The notes under the pieces were generated by a model, which did not search any database, had not been told where the DNA came from, and was given only the letters and a program-made list of their open reading frames with translations. Made by a program: the position numbers and the translations under genes. A stretch of DNA of 53,964 bases, the filler included, from an uncultured virus (IMG/VR IMGVR_UViG_2061766007_002098) (lineage: Duplodnaviria; Heunggongvirae; Uroviricota; Caudoviricetes). It is 4 parts of one record of this genome, joined end to end, with 100 filler letters (N's around TTAATTAATTAA, not from the genome) between each part and the next. Parts side by side here need not be neighbours in the genome. Positions count along the whole stretch, not along the records: positions 1 to 26,140 come from IMGVR_UViG_2061766007_002098; 3 more parts are not named here. One strand, 5' to 3'. This document shows, in pieces, positions 1-9,373 of the stretch (position 1 is the stretch's first letter; the number at the start of each line of letters is the position of its first letter).

Positions 1-1
1 C

Positions 2-649
2 GGAAATATCGCTAGCGCAGGCAAGAAGGTTGGCGATCTCGTGAACCACGGAAAATACACCTACGTCCAAAGTAGCCCCGGAGCTGGTGAGTTCAGCGAC
101 TGGAACCAGCTAACGGTTGACGGGATATACTCTATTCCAAACAGTCCGGAAGCAGGAACAGCAAATAGCCCGGAAGAAGACAAGATGACGCTCATCGTAA
201 TGACGAGTACGGATTCGCAGGACCGGACTCTTGTCGAGCAGATCGCTGTTGGTGACGAAATGTACGTTCGTAAGAAGACTTCTTCCGGCTGGGACGCATC
301 GTGGACGCAGGTGACAAGGCAGACTTGGGCGAACTGGGTTATTACGAACACATCGGGAATAACCTACAATATGCTGAAGGCCGCCCTTGATGCAGGACGT
401 GCCGTTTACTTGGTCGGTTATGTATCAAACCGTTCCTACATCCTCAAGGCTACGGAGTTTTCCGTTTCGCAAAATTCAGTAGTGCTATTCACAGGAATAA
501 CTAGTACCGGCATGCTCGCAACGACTAAGTGCACGGTTCAAGAAGGATGGGACAGCAACATTACAGTGTCTGGACTTCCGTGGGACGGCTACCACCTTAG
601 CATTGGCGGCACGCCGACGGCAGGGACGAACACGATTTACTTCACGTAG
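2..649 (+). CDS. tail fibre protein, C-terminal part (pyocin-knob-like repeat), 5'-truncated
   Basis: Frame is open from position 2. The pattern DWNQLTVDGIY...P...TLIVM...QIA...MYVR...W..SWTQV resembles pyocin-knob fibre domains, and the gene precedes the lysis genes. Confidence 0.6.
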   Translation, partial: GNIASAGKKVGDLVNHGKYTYVQSSPGAGEFSDWNQLTVDGIYSIPNSPEAGTANSPEEDKMTLIVMTSTDSQDRTLVEQIAVGDEMYVRKKTSSGWDASWTQVTRQTWANWVITNTSGITYNMLKAALDAGRAVYLVGYVSNRSYILKATEFSVSQNSVVLFTGITSTGMLATTKCTVQEGWDSNITVSGLPWDGYHLSIGGTPTAGTNTIYFT

Positions 650-658
650 GACTAGCGG

Positions 659-1411
659 ATGATATTCAAGGAGACCGAACATATCATGCCGTGGATGGCG
701 CACGACTACAACGACGGACTCAATTTCGGGTTCCGCAGTGCGCGCGTTTTCGAAAATCAGTATCGTTGGAGCCCCGCATCTACTGGCAGCTCGAATATCC
801 ACACGATACACCAGGAGTTCCGCGTTGACAACGGCAGTTTCCTATCGGTACCTATGACCGGATTCAGTTCTGTCGGGTCTAACATGACCAAGCTCGATGG
901 CGGCTGCTACGTTCCGGGAAAGAACGCGCAGACTACATTGGAAGTGAGCAAGTCGGGTCTAGGGATTACCACGTGGTTTGACTCCACGAATAAGAAGTGG
1001 AGGATAACACGCAATACGCCTGGTATTGGAACTAACCAAACGGACTATACCATAAGACCTTATGCGCTGATCGTTATCGGTGATTCTTCACCAGTAATGA
1101 CTGTCACTCCGTCATCTTGGGTTCAAAATTATCGTAGGCGTCTTGAAACTACATACGAACGTGAAGATTATCCAATTGACAGCAGCCAGGTCAAGCTCAT
1201 CAAACAGTTGATGTATGCGGCAAACCTCTATTGGAGCGTTTATGCCGTAAAATCTCCGACAGGTTACTCTAACTATCATGTCATAGGTGGTGAGGTTGAA
1301 GAGATGACTATGCCTGGACTTAAATTCTCCGGAACTCCTAGTGCCGACACCCAGTTCGGATACCTTGAACTAGGCTGCGACATCATCAAATGGCAGTTTA
1401 TGAGAAACTAA
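659..1411 (+). CDS. hypothetical tail-associated protein
   Basis: 250-aa beta-rich ORF between tail fibre and holin. Confidence 0.5.
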   Translation: MIFKETEHIMPWMAHDYNDGLNFGFRSARVFENQYRWSPASTGSSNIHTIHQEFRVDNGSFLSVPMTGFSSVGSNMTKLDGGCYVPGKNAQTTLEVSKSGLGITTWFDSTNKKWRITRNTPGIGTNQTDYTIRPYALIVIGDSSPVMTVTPSSWVQNYRRRLETTYEREDYPIDSSQVKLIKQLMYAANLYWSVYAVKSPTGYSNYHVIGGEVEEMTMPGLKFSGTPSADTQFGYLELGCDIIKWQFMRN

Positions 1412-1437
1412 ACGATTTATAATCACAAGGAGCACTC

Positions 1438-1701
1438 ATGGACATCACTGGGATCGACATAGGCGCATTGTTGGCAGGTCTAGGCGGGCTCGCAAAGAGC
1501 CTGCATTCGGACCGTGCGGCAGCGTCGGCCAAGAAGGGTTTGGAGGAACGCTGCGCCATCCTTGAACGCCGCCTTGACGACGGCGAACGACGCTTTTCGA
1601 GCAACGAAAGCAAGATTGACCGCCTTATGGACAAGGTGGGCGACATCGACAAGAACGTGGCTACGATTCTCGGCTACATGAAGGGGAGGGCCGAAAAGTG
1701 A
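1438..1701 (+). CDS. putative holin (one N-terminal hydrophobic helix plus coiled coil)
   Basis: AAGGAG RBS, segment IGALLAGLGGLA then heptad region, position upstream of endolysin. Confidence 0.5.
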   Translation: MDITGIDIGALLAGLGGLAKSLHSDRAAASAKKGLEERCAILERRLDDGERRFSSNESKIDRLMDKVGDIDKNVATILGYMKGRAEK

Positions 1702-1806
1702 AGGCTTTTATACTGTTGCTTTTCCTTTTTGTGCTGGTCGCTCTCGGGTGGCTGTTCTTCGACGATGACGACTGGGGCAAGATGAACTAGGCAATGGAGG
1801 CTATGA

Positions 1807-2251
1807 ATGGGAAGCAAGGTTGTTCTTATCGACGCGGCGATACTGAAGCCGCTCGTGGTGACGGAAGGCTTGTTCGACGGCGACACTGTATACGCATTCG
1901 AGCGCGACTTCGAGATGCTACTGCATACAAGTGTAGGAGACTACCTGTGGAAAGTAGGCGAGGGCTACATCAGCAACTGCGGCTCGATACCGTGGCTCGC
2001 GCAGAAGCTGCTCCGGGTGAAGTCGTTCGACCCGAAGAACCCGATGCAAAACGCATTCTTCTTCCTGCACGACGACCTTTACCAGAAGAAGGGCTACGAC
2101 ATCTTCAGCCGTGACGATTCGGACGCCATCTGCCGTGGCGGTCTACGCGTGAGCGGTANNNNNNNNNNNNNNNNNNNNNNNNNGGGGGCATTGGGGCGAC
2201 AATGCCTACTGCAACTTCGATTTCTTGAGCAAGCTCGAAAAGTTTGTCTGA
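1807..2251 (+). CDS. DUF1353-family protein (gap inside)
   Basis: GYISNCGSIPW...AFFFLHDDLY...SRDDSDAI motif. After the gap the frame GHWGDNAY...EKFV* ends at 2251. Confidence 0.7.
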
Positions 2252-2304
2252 TTATGAGAATTTTTCTCGCAAATATATGCGAAACGACTAAAAATGGGTA
2301 AAAA

Positions 2305-2697
2305 ATGAGCCAACTGATATTGATTCGCGACATCAAGGGCGACAAGGCCATCCTGGGCAAGCTGTACTTGAATGGGGCTATAGTCTGCTACACGCTGGAG
2401 AACGCGTCCAAGGCGATACCTTGCGGGGTGTACCTGGTTCAAAATTCAAGGTCGCCGAAGTTCAAGCGCGAGCTTCCGCTGGTGTGGAACGCGGGTGTGC
2501 CTTCGTCAAGGGGTATCCGCATACACGTCGGCAACACCGTGGCGTCGAGCTCCGGCTGCATACTCGTCGGCATGGGCAGAAATTATGCCAGGCCGAATGC
2601 GGAGCCATCGCTGCTTGAATCCGCGCCAGCCGAGACGATGGTCACGATGCTGTGCAGGAATGTTACGGAACTAATCATTATCGACGAACGCGGATAG
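2305..2697 (+). CDS. DUF5675-family putative endolysin (L,D-transpeptidase-like)
   Basis: GKLYLNG..CYTLE, AIPCGVY, SPKFKRELP, RGIRIHVGNT...SGCILVG motifs. Confidence 0.85.
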   Translation: MSQLILIRDIKGDKAILGKLYLNGAIVCYTLENASKAIPCGVYLVQNSRSPKFKRELPLVWNAGVPSSRGIRIHVGNTVASSSGCILVGMGRNYARPNAEPSLLESAPAETMVTMLCRNVTELIIIDERG

Positions 2698-2847
2698 CGT
2701 TCTTTTATTTATCAGTCGAAGGGAATTACAAGTCCCCGCGAATGCTAGAAGGGAGCTGACGCGGGCGATTTCAAAAAGACATTAGAGAGCCGATTCGGGA
2801 AACACCCGATAGGCATTATCACACACCAATCGAAAGGAGATAATAAG

Positions 2848-3364
2848 ATGGTGTATCAAGAAGACAAGGAATACGCCTCCAAGGGCGTAGGTACTGCCGG
2901 TCTTACCACCGGCATCATCGGTACCGTCGGTACCGCAATCGCGACCGGCCTGCTCGGCGGAAACGGCCTCGGCGGCCTCTTCGGAGGCAACCAGAACCCC
3001 GCCGCCAATCCGGTCTACCAGCTCTCGCAGAAGGACAACGAGATCGCGTTGCTCAAGGCGCAGCAGTATTCGGACAACAAGACGTTCGCTCTTGCTGAAC
3101 GTGTCGCCAACCTCGAAACGAAGGTGGTGAGTATCGAAACGGCAGCACCGCTCCGCGACAAGATCCTCTCCGACAGCATCCTCAACCTCCAGGCTACTCT
3201 TTCCCGTATCGCCGTGCCGTTCGTCCCGAACTACGCGGTGGCTCCGGGCTGGGGTCCCGCAATGGTGGCTCCGCTTCCGCCTCCGTTTCCGCCNNNNNNN
3301 NNNNNNNNNNNNNNNNNNNNNNNNNNNTCCCACAAGCACGACCGCAGCGTCGCAGGCCGCGTAA
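2848..3364 (+). CDS. Gly-rich hydrophobic N-terminus plus coiled-coil protein (ASKGVG type)
   Basis: AAGGAG RBS; YASKGVGTAGLTTGIIGT...; after the gap the likely frame ends PTSTTAASQAA* at 3364. Confidence 0.7.
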
Positions 3365-3379
3365 GAAGAGAGGTAGCGC

Positions 3380-3709
3380 ATGACTATCTCCCTTGAACAG
3401 GCCCTTGAAGGCCTGGCCTCGTTTGTCGATAGCGACATGATCCCGAAGATGCCCAACGGCATCAAGAAAATCGGTGCCGTGATGTCTGTCGAGGCGTTGA
3501 GGCTGAAACCCGAATTCATTGCTAAGCCTTACGAAGGATTCTTCAAGATGGTGGGCGTGCTTTCCGAAGACGGCAAGACCGTCGATATGGACATGCTCTC
3601 CAAGCACCTGAAGAACGCCTTCTCCAAGGTTCCGTCCGTGGACCTGTGGGGATTCACCTTCGAACCGTCCGACGCCGACAGGCTCGTGACGCGCATGGGA
3701 GGCGTGTAA
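3380..3709 (+). CDS. hypothetical protein
   Basis: GAGG RBS, 109 aa, second gene of the cassette. Confidence 0.75.
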   Translation: MTISLEQALEGLASFVDSDMIPKMPNGIKKIGAVMSVEALRLKPEFIAKPYEGFFKMVGVLSEDGKTVDMDMLSKHLKNAFSKVPSVDLWGFTFEPSDADRLVTRMGGV

Positions 3710-3900
3710 TGATTGACGAACGCATGAAGAAGGTGCTGGAACGCACCAAGGAAACGCTGACGCGCCACCTGGAAGACCTCAACGACCAGGTAGACGTGAA
3801 CAACGGCCGTATCAAGGACCACATGGCTCTTGACGGCATCAAGGACTCCCTGAAGAGTGTGAGGTGCTGTCTCGAACTCGTGGCCATGGCTACCAAGTAG
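3709..3900 (+). CDS. small helical hypothetical protein
   Basis: TAATG overlap with the previous stop codon; MIDERMKKVLERTKETL... Confidence 0.7.
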   Translation: MIDERMKKVLERTKETLTRHLEDLNDQVDVNNGRIKDHMALDGIKDSLKSVRCCLELVAMATK

Positions 3901-3916
3901 CCTTCGGTACGGCAAG

Positions 3917-3960
3917 AAAAAGGACGGTTCCCGGATTCGGGAGCCGTCTTTCGTTTTATT
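3917..3960. terminator. bidirectional intrinsic terminator between convergent late and early transcription
   Basis: AAAAAGGACGGTTCCCG-GATT-CGGGAGCCGTCTTTCGTTTT. Confidence 0.8.
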
Positions 3961-3969
3961 CGCTTGGTA

Positions 3970-4173
3970 TCAGGTGTCGATCGCGATTCGGAACGTGTGC
4001 AGCCTTCCATCGTTGTCGTGCAGCGTCTTCGCCATGATGATTTGGCGTGTCGCCGAGATGTGCGTCCACGTCCTTTCGCCTTGCGGAAGCTCGTAGTAGC
4101 CTGTGTTTCCGATGCGGTCCTTGAATTCTGTCTCGTCGACAGACCTGCTGTCGACCGTATAAAGTATGCTCAT
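3970..4173 (-). CDS. hypothetical protein
   Basis: 67-aa ORF with AAGGGG RBS. Confidence 0.55.
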   Translation of the reverse strand: MSILYTVDSRSVDETEFKDRIGNTGYYELPQGERTWTHISATRQIIMAKTLHDNDGRLHTFRIAIDT

Positions 4174-4276
4174 GATATTATCCCCTTTTAAGAAAGTTGC
4201 GGCGTGGCGGACCCATCCGCCCGTTTTGGCTCACTTTCGCGGTCGTGTGGCCCCATGGTTGGCGCCGCCGTAATGG

Positions 4277-4574
4277 TTAGCGGTTTGTATTCCTTGGACC
4301 CCTCGGGAGTCCCTTGTCGGCCCTTGGAGCCTTGTTCGGCGAGCCCTTCGGCCTGCCGCCCTTGCGCCCGTTCTCGGCGCTGGTGCGCTTCTTCAGCTCG
4401 CTCTCGGCTTCCGGCTTGCGCTCCCTGTATTCCTNNNNNNNNNNNNNNNTTCCTTGACCCCTTGCGCCTTCCGGCGAAGCTCGGTGCCAGGCCTTCATCT
4501 ACGGCCTGCGAAATCAGCGCGGACACCTCGTCTCTAGACAGGTCGGTCCCGCAATGTGGACACTTGACTGGCAT
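4277..4574 (-). CDS. small putative DNA-binding protein (CxxC N-terminus, AT-hook-like SAENGRKGGRPKG C-terminus; gap inside)
   Basis: MPVKCPHCG... before the gap and ...TSAENGRKGGRPKGSPNK after it; has its own promoter. Confidence 0.6.
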
Positions 4575-4597
4575 AATTAAACCTACTTTTTGGATGT

Positions 4598-4626
4598 AAT
4601 ATAGATTAGGCGCGGAAGGACGTCAA
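4598..4626 (-). promoter_or_regulatory. sigma70-type promoter
   Basis: TTGACG-17bp-TATATT on the minus strand. Confidence 0.7.
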
Positions 4627-4630
4627 GCGC

Positions 4631-5044
4631 CTATCCTTCGCACTGCGTCAGCATCATGTAGCCGTCGGGGTATTTCCTGGTTCCCAGCTTCTCGACGTGG
4701 GCGAGTACGAATTCGCATTCGTCGTCGGTGAGCGACACGGTGTTGCCTTCGTCGTCGTGGTTGGTGACGAGCAGGCTACCTACGAGCATGGGTCTTCCGA
4801 GATTGTCGATCGCGGAAATCTTCGGGCTTATCTTGAACATACCCTCGTCGTCGCAGATTATGTCGAAGCGTTTGCTGGAGCGCCCGTGTCCGATGGTGCG
4901 GGACACGATGTCGATGCACTCGCAGTGCAGCAGGCCGTAGATGTTCTGTAGGCTGTGCTCGAACTCCACGGTCTTCGCTTCTTCGGAGTCCACGTCGATG
5001 AGCACTGCCTTAACGATTCTCTTTTCTTCTTCCAGGTCTTCCAT
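4631..5044 (-). CDS. DUF3846-like protein
   Basis: LQNIYGLLHCECIDIV...IICDDEG...LVGSLLVT..D.EG...SLTDDE pattern. Confidence 0.7.
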   Translation of the reverse strand: MEDLEEEKRIVKAVLIDVDSEEAKTVEFEHSLQNIYGLLHCECIDIVSRTIGHGRSSKRFDIICDDEGMFKISPKISAIDNLGRPMLVGSLLVTNHDDEGNTVSLTDDECEFVLAHVEKLGTRKYPDGYMMLTQCEG

Positions 5045-5076
5045 GGTTTTACCTCGTTGTTAATGGTCGTGCGGGT

Positions 5077-5367
5077 TTAGGCTCTTGCAAAGTCTGCTTC
5101 GTCGAAAGATTTCTTGACGGTAGCCTTGAACGGGCTGATAATGTCGAAGTTAGGCCTGTGTTTCAGACCGACAAGCGTCTGGACGTAAGAAACGGCAGCG
5201 TCAAGTGCTTCGTCGGCATAAGCCTTCGCTTCACCGAAGAGAGGCTTGTCGAACGTCACGACAAGTTCGTTCTGCATCATGTCGGGTTCAATCTTGTGGG
5301 CAATGCAAAACTCGTTGAGAACGCTGCTTACTTCCATAGACATTCTTTTATAAAGGTTGATAGGCAT
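5077..5367 (-). CDS. hypothetical protein
   Basis: 96-aa ORF with GAGG RBS. Confidence 0.6.
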   Translation of the reverse strand: MPINLYKRMSMEVSSVLNEFCIAHKIEPDMMQNELVVTFDKPLFGEAKAYADEALDAAVSYVQTLVGLKHRPNFDIISPFKATVKKSFDEADFARA

Positions 5368-5431
5368 TGTGGTGTTCCTCGGTTGTTAAAGTTTGTGCGG
5401 GTTTAGGCGTTTCCCGCTCGCCGTTGGGTTG

Positions 5432-5635
5432 TTAGGCGACTTTGATTGCATGGAGCGAGTAGGTTGCGCCCATCATCTTTGCGTCGGCGAATATATCGTT
5501 TTCTTCTTTAGCGTAAATAGTGAAGTTTGGAAAAGCGTTTTCGACGATTGTATCGAATCTTCTGCCTGTAGAATCTTCAACAGTAACGTCGTTGTATGCC
5601 TTGCCGTTCTTTGTGAGAATTGTGCGGATTTTCAT
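5432..5635 (-). CDS. hypothetical protein
   Basis: 67 aa, GAGG RBS, first gene after the 5668 promoter. Confidence 0.6.
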   Translation of the reverse strand: MKIRTILTKNGKAYNDVTVEDSTGRRFDTIVENAFPNFTIYAKEENDIFADAKMMGATYSLHAIKVA

Positions 5636-5667
5636 GATTTCCTCGCTTGTTTGTTGTTTACTCTCTA

Positions 5668-5696
5668 AATATACCTAAATGTTTGAAATAAATCAA
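5668..5696 (-). promoter_or_regulatory. sigma70-type promoter
   Basis: TTGATT-17bp-TATATT. Confidence 0.7.
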
Positions 5697-5718
5697 TAGG
5701 TTTATTTAAAAAGTGTGT

Positions 5719-5750
5719 AAAAAAAATGCGACATTCGGAAATGCCGCATT
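5719..5750 (-). terminator. intrinsic terminator downstream of the integrase
   Basis: Hairpin AATGCG.CATT/AATG.CGCATT followed by a T run on the minus strand. Confidence 0.6.
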
Positions 5751-5774
5751 CGAGGGGGGTTCGGGCAGGGTGGC

Positions 5775-6842
5775 CTACAGTTCCGGTATGGCGTCTACCG
5801 CCTTCTTCCTGCCTTCGTCCAGCACCTTCGCGTATATCTGCGTGGTGGTTATCTTCGTGTGGCCGAGCAATTTGGACACGGTGAACAGGTCGGCACCGTT
5901 GCCGAGGGCGAGAGTGGCGAAGGTGTGGCGCGCCACGTGAAAGGATATGCGCTTCGTGATTCCTGCGGCCTTCGCCCATTCGCGAATCTTACGGTTGTGC
6001 CATTCCTCGCACGTGGGGAAGTCGTGGAACACCTTGTCGGAGTCGTTCTCGCGCAGGAACTTCGCGGCGTTCTTGCCGATGGGAACCTGGACGAATTCGC
6101 CCGTCTTGTGCTGCCGTAAAAAAATTACGCCGTTACGGATGTCAGACCACTTGAGGTTGCGCACGTCGGACAGGCGCAAGCCCGTGAAGCAAGAGAACAG
6201 GAACGGGTACGCAACCTTCGGCTCGCAGGGAGTGTCCGACAGCGCACGCAGCTCCTCGATCGTAAGGAAGCACCTTTCCCCGGCCACCTTCGGCGGAACG
6301 AGCCCGGAGAAGTCCGGCACCATCGTTATTATGCCGTCCAGCTTCGCCTTGTGCAGGATGGTCTTTAGCACGTTGGTCTTGGTCAGTATTGTGTTGTTCG
6401 CGTAGCCCTTGGTATCGCGCATCCACGCCACGAGACGGCCGTAGAAGGCGCGGTTTATGTCTACCAGTCGCGCGTGCCTGGAGAACTCCTTGAAGTTGGC
6501 TATCAGTTCCAGACGGGAGTGCCTGGTGCCTTCCGTGCGGCAGGTGGCGGACTCCTTGAGCGCGTAGTCGGTAAACATCACGCTGTGGTCGGACTCCTGT
6601 ACGAACACGCCAAGGTCCGCCTCGTCGAGTTCCCTTGCCTTCTTGCGGGCGTATTCCTCCGCCATTGCAAGCGTGTTGGAATTTGCTATCTTTACGGTTG
6701 CCGACGAACCCGGATTCAGGTATAGGTTCAGAGGTTCTCGTATTCTCTTTCCGTCGATTCTGTAGTTGATCCAAAGGGATTCGGAACCGTCCGCAAGCCT
6801 GCGCCTGAAGACGGTTACACGTTTTCGCGTGACCGGGACCAT
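5775..6842 (-). CDS. int: tyrosine integrase (arm-binding N-domain, SAM-like and catalytic domains)
   Basis: FSCFTGLRLSD (R), K, SFHVARHTFAT (HxxR), LLGH, TTQIYAK (Y). Confidence 0.95.
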   Translation of the reverse strand: MVPVTRKRVTVFRRRLADGSESLWINYRIDGKRIREPLNLYLNPGSSATVKIANSNTLAMAEEYARKKARELDEADLGVFVQESDHSVMFTDYALKESATCRTEGTRHSRLELIANFKEFSRHARLVDINRAFYGRLVAWMRDTKGYANNTILTKTNVLKTILHKAKLDGIITMVPDFSGLVPPKVAGERCFLTIEELRALSDTPCEPKVAYPFLFSCFTGLRLSDVRNLKWSDIRNGVIFLRQHKTGEFVQVPIGKNAAKFLRENDSDKVFHDFPTCEEWHNRKIREWAKAAGITKRISFHVARHTFATLALGNGADLFTVSKLLGHTKITTTQIYAKVLDEGRKKAVDAIPEL

Positions 6843-6843
6843 A

Positions 6844-7190
6844 GTGACTACTCCTTCGTCTTGTTATTGCAAGTGACCAAGACGTGACCAATTTTAGAAA
6901 AAAGGTGTCGCGAAACGTGACGGGGTAGTCCTTTGGCTCCGGTCCGAAGGCTTGATTTTTACGAAATTGTCCGTTTCGCTACATTTCACTACATATATAG
7001 TAGGAAGAGTCCCTTTGGCACTATAACACAAGAAAGAACGGCTGCAATCCCAGTAAACACAAGGGTTGCGGCCGTTTTTCTTTTCTTGGAAAATCGTCTC
7101 CAAGTGACCACGGCGTGACCAATGTCTAAAAAACGGCATTTTTTAGACACGTTTTGCAACGGATAGCGTCTTGTAAATCCGGTCACGCAG
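6844..7190. other. putative attP site
   Basis: Paired GTGACCA direct repeats 11 bp apart at 6873/6884 and 7104/7115 flank a tRNA-3'-like segment GAGTCCCTTTGGCACTA (~7007-7023) and a terminator-like hairpin (~7037-7085); adjacent to int. Confidence 0.7.
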
Positions 7191-7256
7191 GCTTTCACAA
7201 AAAAAGGATGGCGGCCGTAGCCACCATCCATGGGTCTTTCCGGAGCATTCCTTCTA

Positions 7257-7754
7257 TCACTTCGCCTTATTATCCTGCGTTTCGACCACATTACACATTG
7301 ATTGAACTAGCTTACTCGTATTATCTAGAGCAAGTTGCATAATATCAGTTGACACTTCCATCGGTCGTACGGAACCAGAACGGGCTAGTCCAGCTACAGT
7401 GCAATCAACACACATCTCAATTAGATCTAAAAGATTGATGTCTTTATGACAGAATGACAATGGATGATGTCTCTCTTCGTGAACGTGAAGTTGGTACCAT
7501 TCGCCATTCACAAAGTCCGCACCATCATTCATTGTCGCTAGAAAATCTCTGTAGAAGATATGTTCATGGGTTTTCTTCGTATAGTCATGTTTTGCTGAAG
7601 ATTCGTACAGACGTGCAGCCAACTCACGCATAACAGATTTTACATCATTGATGTGCATATCATTGGCTCTTGCAAAGTCTTTGAAAGACACGTCTTTCGG
7701 CGCGGTTCTCGTGTCGCCATTTGGATTTTTTACTATTTGTATTTTATTAAGCAT
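7257..7754 (-). CDS. DUF5662-like (HD-related) protein
   Basis: KHDYTK...WYQLH...RHHP...LLDLIEMCVD motif. Confidence 0.65.
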   Translation of the reverse strand: MLNKIQIVKNPNGDTRTAPKDVSFKDFARANDMHINDVKSVMRELAARLYESSAKHDYTKKTHEHIFYRDFLATMNDGADFVNGEWYQLHVHEERHHPLSFCHKDINLLDLIEMCVDCTVAGLARSGSVRPMEVSTDIMQLALDNTSKLVQSMCNVVETQDNKAK

Positions 7755-7781
7755 TTTTTTGATTCTCCTTGGTTGTCATTG

Positions 7782-8210
7782 CTAAATCTTTTCGAGCAGC
7801 GACTTCACCTGCTCGGCGAATATCTTGTAGTAGTGGTGGTTATCCTGTTCCTTCGCCGTCCTCTCGGCCTTTTCCAACCGCGTGTCTATGGCGTTTGCAA
7901 AGTTCCGCAGGACATTCAGTTCGTCGTTCATGGGGCCGAGACGGTCCATGATGAACTGCGAGAGAATCTTCTCCCAGCGCGTCGTGAACGCTCCGTTGCC
8001 TATGTTGGCCTTCACGTTCCCGATGAATTCCTTGGTCTCAAGGTTTGCGAGGCGTTTAATTTTCGCGCGTCTGTTATCCTCGTCTATCTGCTCCTGCGTG
8101 CGAGTGTCAGCCGGTTCCGGGATCTCGCCTCGTTCCATGGCCTCGACCTCGGCGAAGATGCGGTCAAGCCGTTCTCTCTCCTCCGCCGTCTTTATTTTCG
8201 CTGGTGCCAT
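7782..8210 (-). CDS. hypothetical coiled-coil protein
   Basis: 142-aa ORF with AAGGAG RBS. Confidence 0.65.
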   Translation of the reverse strand: MAPAKIKTAEERERLDRIFAEVEAMERGEIPEPADTRTQEQIDEDNRRAKIKRLANLETKEFIGNVKANIGNGAFTTRWEKILSQFIMDRLGPMNDELNVLRNFANAIDTRLEKAERTAKEQDNHHYYKIFAEQVKSLLEKI

Positions 8211-8271
8211 ACAGAAAGACTCCTTACAGCCAAGTTACTAAGAATAAGTATCGTGGGAAAAACATTTTCCA

Positions 8272-8775
8272 TCAGCTGTCATAACCTTCAGTTGCTTTTT
8301 TGTATCTCTCGTACTTAAATATGAAGTTGTGCATAATATTAAACCAATACTTTTCGTCCTTTGAGTTCGGGTAGTATTTCTTGAAAAACAGGTGGACCAT
8401 CTTTGCAAAACCAACCCTTAATCGAAGCAAAGACAAGAAATTCCTAATGCGTAGAACGTTGCACGCTTTCAGTTTGTGACGTAACTTGATATTATTCTCT
8501 ATATTTGCATTAAACTGATCATGTAACTCGTCCATCATTTCAAAAGCCCTTTCTCTTGCGACCTGCTGCCACCACTTCCACTCGGATTCAGGCTTCATTT
8601 TGGGCAGTTCAAGAAGTTTTTCACCTTCCTTGCAGTTACGCATCTCTTCCGTAATTTCCATACGGTGCGATAGGCACTCCTCGCATATCGGGAGCCCTTC
8701 GAACTCTCCCTTCGGCTTACCGAAGTAACAAATGTGGCATCTTTTAAAGTTCATTTTGTTCCTTTTCAAATTCAT
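8272..8775 (-). CDS. hypothetical protein with CxxC pairs
   Basis: CHIC...CEEC, part of the overlapping operon. Confidence 0.55.
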   Translation of the reverse strand: MNLKRNKMNFKRCHICYFGKPKGEFEGLPICEECLSHRMEITEEMRNCKEGEKLLELPKMKPESEWKWWQQVARERAFEMMDELHDQFNANIENNIKLRHKLKACNVLRIRNFLSLLRLRVGFAKMVHLFFKKYYPNSKDEKYWFNIMHNFIFKYERYKKATEGYDS

Positions 8776-9013
8776 CGTACAGTTCGATTCTCTTCTGCAT
8801 GGAAAGCCCTTTCGCCATCCTTTTCCACAAGTAGAACCAATTCTTTACGACCATCGGCATGAAGCACGTGCCGCATACTTGGTGAAGTCTCGGTACATCA
8901 GGATCGTCTTCCGTGACAAAATATTTGGCCCCGCAATTATCGCAATTTACGAAAATACAACATTTGTCACCGATTCTGCCGACGTTCGAAAATCCTCTGT
9001 AGTCCAGGTTCAT
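8744..9013 (-). CDS. Zn-ribbon protein (allele 1)
   Basis: MNLDYRGFSNVGRIGDKC...CDNC...CGTC; near-identical allele at 9138-9373. Confidence 0.6.
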   Translation of the reverse strand: MNLDYRGFSNVGRIGDKCCIFVNCDNCGAKYFVTEDDPDVPRLHQVCGTCFMPMVVKNWFYLWKRMAKGLSMQKRIELYDEFEKEQNEL

Positions 9014-9137
9014 NNNNNNNNNNACAAAGCGAACGCGAGGTCCCTTTCGTTGTACGCGAAACACTTGTGACCGAATCTGATGCAGAAATCCTTGCTTTCA
9101 GTCCATTTCGCCACATAGACTCTCCTGNNNNNNNNNN

Positions 9138-9373
9138 TACAGTTCGAATCTCTTCTGCATGGAAAGCCCCTTCGGCATCCTTTTCCACAGGTAGAACCAG
9201 TTCTTTACGACCATCGGCATGAAACAAGTGTCGCATACTCGGTGAAGTCTCGGTACATCAGGGTCGTCTTCCATGACAAAATAGTGGGCACCGCAATTAT
9301 CGCAGAATCCGTCTATATAACATTTGTCACCGATTCTTCCGACGTTCGAAAAATTTCTGTATTCAAGGTTCAT
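9138..9373 (-). CDS. Zn-ribbon protein (allele 2, truncated by gap)
   Basis: MNLEYRNFSNVGRIGDKC...CDNC...CDTC. Confidence 0.55.

Noticed and set aside
1698..1790. Tiny lipoprotein or membrane ORF (spanin-like)
   Set aside because: Two competing short frames, neither with a convincing start and length.
2700..2830. Possible riboswitch in the cassette leader
   Set aside because: Hairpins are present but I recognise no known aptamer consensus.
8744..9373. Near-identical gene pairs suggesting a DGR template/variable repeat
   Set aside because: No reverse transcriptase, differences are not adenine-specific, and the copies abut gaps (strain alleles).
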